From contig JAJYIM010000003.1 of the NCBI GenBank assembly GCA_021790115.1, positions 16,602 through 80,601 on the forward strand: a DNA stretch of 64,000 nucleotides, in the 5' to 3' direction. The notes under the pieces are model-generated. The model was not told the origin of the DNA, searched no databases, and saw only the letters and a list, made by a program, of their open reading frames with translations. Position numbers and translations under genes: made by a program. Below are positions 62,187 through 64,000 of this stretch, piece by piece. Source of the DNA: Actinomycetes bacterium. Lineage in GTDB: Bacteria; Actinomycetota; Thermoleophilia; BMS3ABIN01. Position 1 is the stretch's first letter, and each line of letters begins with the position of its first letter.

Positions 62187-63812
62187 TCAGGCAGGAAGAG
62201 GGAGGCGGATGTCTGCTTTACAACCATTGTCAAAACTGATATCCCAGTCGCCACCCAGATCGTCCCTGACTAGATTATTAATGATCTGCGTACCCAGGCC
62301 CTGCCCGGACGTCGCTTTGGGGCCGGTTGATTCCGAGCCTGTGTCTCTGTAACCAATTCTTATTATATCATTGCTTTCTCTATTGAAAAAAATAGAGACA
62401 TGTCCTCCCTGCCCGCCGAAACCATGTTTCATGCTGTTGATGATCAGCTCATTAATGATAATAGCCAGCGAGGTCGCCAGCTTTGCCGGCAGCTTGAATT
62501 CGGGTCCCCGGACCTCGAGCCCGATTTCGGCGGCGCTGTTTGCCGCAACCGTTGAGAGGGCAACCTGCCGGATCATGTTTACGATTTCAACATCGCTATT
62601 GGTCTTGCCTGTCAGCAGGCGCTGCACCTGAGCGATGCTGTTAATTCTGGTGAGATTGTCCCCGATCACTTTGATCGCCTCTGGGCTGTCCGATTTGATG
62701 AGCTGCATTGACAAAACCGAACTGAGGGCGGCGAGGTTATTGGCAATCCGGTGCTGGGTCTCCATCAGCAGGGTTGCCATCTGATCACTGCGCTGCTTTT
62801 CGAGGCTGATCTCTCTAGACATATTATTAAAGTTATCGGACAAAACCGACAACTCATCCCGCCGTTTTTGTGGCGGCAAATTGATGGCCTCGCCGGCGGC
62901 CATGCGCTGGCTCGCCTCTGTAATTCTTTCAACAGGACGGCTGACCAGGCGCGCCAGGTAATGGGCGATGAAGAGCCCGATGGAAAGAGCAGCGACGACC
63001 AGGCCCAGCAGGGGGCTATTGGAACCGGAGCTGCCCTGAGCGGGCTCCTCAACCACCAGCGCCGCTGCCGTCTTGCCGCTCAAACCGGCCAGCGGATAAA
63101 AGCCCTTTCTCAGTGAAGTTCCGGCGGCAGAAGTCGTCCTGGCTATTGTTTGGCCTTGAGCAAGGGCATTAAGATCCTGACCGGAAAGCGGAAAAATGGC
63201 AACCGCGGGACCATTCCAATGCGCGCCATCCAAGAAAATCCAATAGGCGCGGTCCGGGCCTCCTTTGATTACGTCGACGGCTGAGGAAGCATCAACCGAT
63301 ACGGACAGAAGGCCTACGGTTGCCCCTCCATTCTTGACTGGCGAAAGCACCGTCGCTTGCGGTCTTCCGTCTTTTACGGTCAGGCCGGAATAAGCGCGGC
63401 CGCTTTGCAACGATGACAGGCCCAAGGCATTAAAATAAGCGTTTACATCAGTTATATAGGAAGCCACTGCCCTGTCGGGAATCGCCCTGCCGTCGCTGCC
63501 GGTTGCCGGACCCATTGCCACAACTCCCCGGCTGGCGATGTCTGCCATGACGTTCGGCGTTTCGGCCGCCAGGTTGACGACCGCAAGCGACCGTTCCAGG
63601 CGCCGGTCGAACTCCTGCTTCACCACGTTATATGATTCGTCCATCCTCAAGGAACTTTCTTGCGCGCTCCTGTCTCCAGCCTGATTGAACGAGTAAAAAG
63701 AAGCAAGGGCGAGAATCACCGAAGCCAAAGCCAGGTATGAAAGCATCAGCTTCAGATGGAGCGGAAAAAAGCGCCTTCGCATCAGGGGAACCGACTGCAT
63801 CGTGAGGCTCAA
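62187..63812 (-). CDS. membrane sensor histidine kinase with HisKA_2-type H-box (PdtaS-like kinase core), extracytoplasmic sensor domain and HAMP
   Basis: H-box THRIANNLAAL (HisKA_2), HATPase_c ...IINELIINSMKHGF...GQGLGTQI... N-terminal TM, ~250-aa periplasmic region, second TM and HAMP-like linker. Adjacent to the ANTAR RR. 541 aa. Confidence 0.8.
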   Translation of the reverse strand: MSLTMQSVPLMRRRFFPLHLKLMLSYLALASVILALASFYSFNQAGDRSAQESSLRMDESYNVVKQEFDRRLERSLAVVNLAAETPNVMADIASRGVVAMGPATGSDGRAIPDRAVASYITDVNAYFNALGLSSLQSGRAYSGLTVKDGRPQATVLSPVKNGGATVGLLSVSVDASSAVDVIKGGPDRAYWIFLDGAHWNGPAVAIFPLSGQDLNALAQGQTIARTTSAAGTSLRKGFYPLAGLSGKTAAALVVEEPAQGSSGSNSPLLGLVVAALSIGLFIAHYLARLVSRPVERITEASQRMAAGEAINLPPQKRRDELSVLSDNFNNMSREISLEKQRSDQMATLLMETQHRIANNLAALSSVLSMQLIKSDSPEAIKVIGDNLTRINSIAQVQRLLTGKTNSDVEIVNMIRQVALSTVAANSAAEIGLEVRGPEFKLPAKLATSLAIIINELIINSMKHGFGGQGGHVSIFFNRESNDIIRIGYRDTGSESTGPKATSGQGLGTQIINNLVRDDLGGDWDISFDNGCKADIRLPLPA

Positions 63813-63872
63813 TTCAATTCCCCCTGCTCATGATGAAATCAGTCCGTTATAGAAGCGACGGAGCTTTGAGTC

Positions 63873-64000
63873 CTACGAGGGAGTTTGAGCAAGATGAATC
63901 TTTCTGGCATAACCCAAGAAGGATGAAATCGCGACAAATGCGCAGACGATACCCAGTAGAGGAAGCGTCGCCATAGCCAGCGGCATCAAACCAAGGTTGG
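63873..64000 (-). CDS. 3' end (C-terminal ~41 codons) of a membrane protein gene continuing beyond the window
   Basis: Minus-strand frame reads ...NLGLMPLAMATLPLLGIVCAFVAISSFLGYARKIHLAQTPS* (hydrophobic TM). Confidence 0.3.
   Translation of the reverse strand, partial: NLGLMPLAMATLPLLGIVCAFVAISSFLGYARKIHLAQTPS

Noticed and set aside
1-64000. CRISPR arrays, integrases, transposases, toxin-antitoxin or phage-defence gene sets
   Set aside because: None seen. The only repeats are the short intergenic heptamer arrays and palindromes described above; they lack the 28-37-nt repeat/spacer regularity of CRISPR.

Overview
High-GC (~64%) bacterial chromosomal window, densely coding, mostly core metabolism; it looks like a Gram-positive-type, high-GC lineage. 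Left end: hisF 3' end, metK, priA-def-fmt, tRNA-Pro(TGG), and a quinone-oxidoreductase-like gene interrupted by an in-frame TGA. A ~22 kb co-directional block on the minus strand follows: pgi - gnd - nuoA,B,CD(fused),E,F,G,H,I,J,K,L,M,N - zwf - cydA - cydB. This is the oxidative pentose-phosphate branch, complex I and cytochrome bd oxidase with overlapping or near-zero spacing. Then come a CDP-alcohol phosphatidyltransferase (eukaryote-like cardiolipin-synthase type) and an 837-aa nucleotidyltransferase/phosphohexomutase-like fusion, an mglB-mglA Ras-like GTPase/roadblock-GAP pair, and small coiled-coil/FHA/MerR genes. Next are apt, a coiled-coil RlpA-like DPBB protein, murT-gatD and proS, then the conserved ispG-rseP-dxr-cdsA-uppS-frr-pyrH-tsf-rpsB string. 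The right end holds a CoA-binding protein, a BlaI/BlaR1-like pair, tsaE-tsaB-rimI-tsaD, a family-4 UDG with an FmdB zinc-ribbon gene, panC-panD, yjbQ, an HPS-RraA fusion, and a PdtaR/PdtaS-like ANTAR two-component system. No CRISPR array, integrase or transposase was seen. The most unusual signal not explained by genes is a dispersed family of at least 7 intergenic elements built from 4-6 tandem heptamers (ATCCANN) with conserved flanks; several sit inside conserved operons and show a transcript-orientation bias. Two further short repeat/palindrome families (CCTAT-N4-ATAGG, and a 37-nt GC-rich unit) also occur at gene 3' ends.
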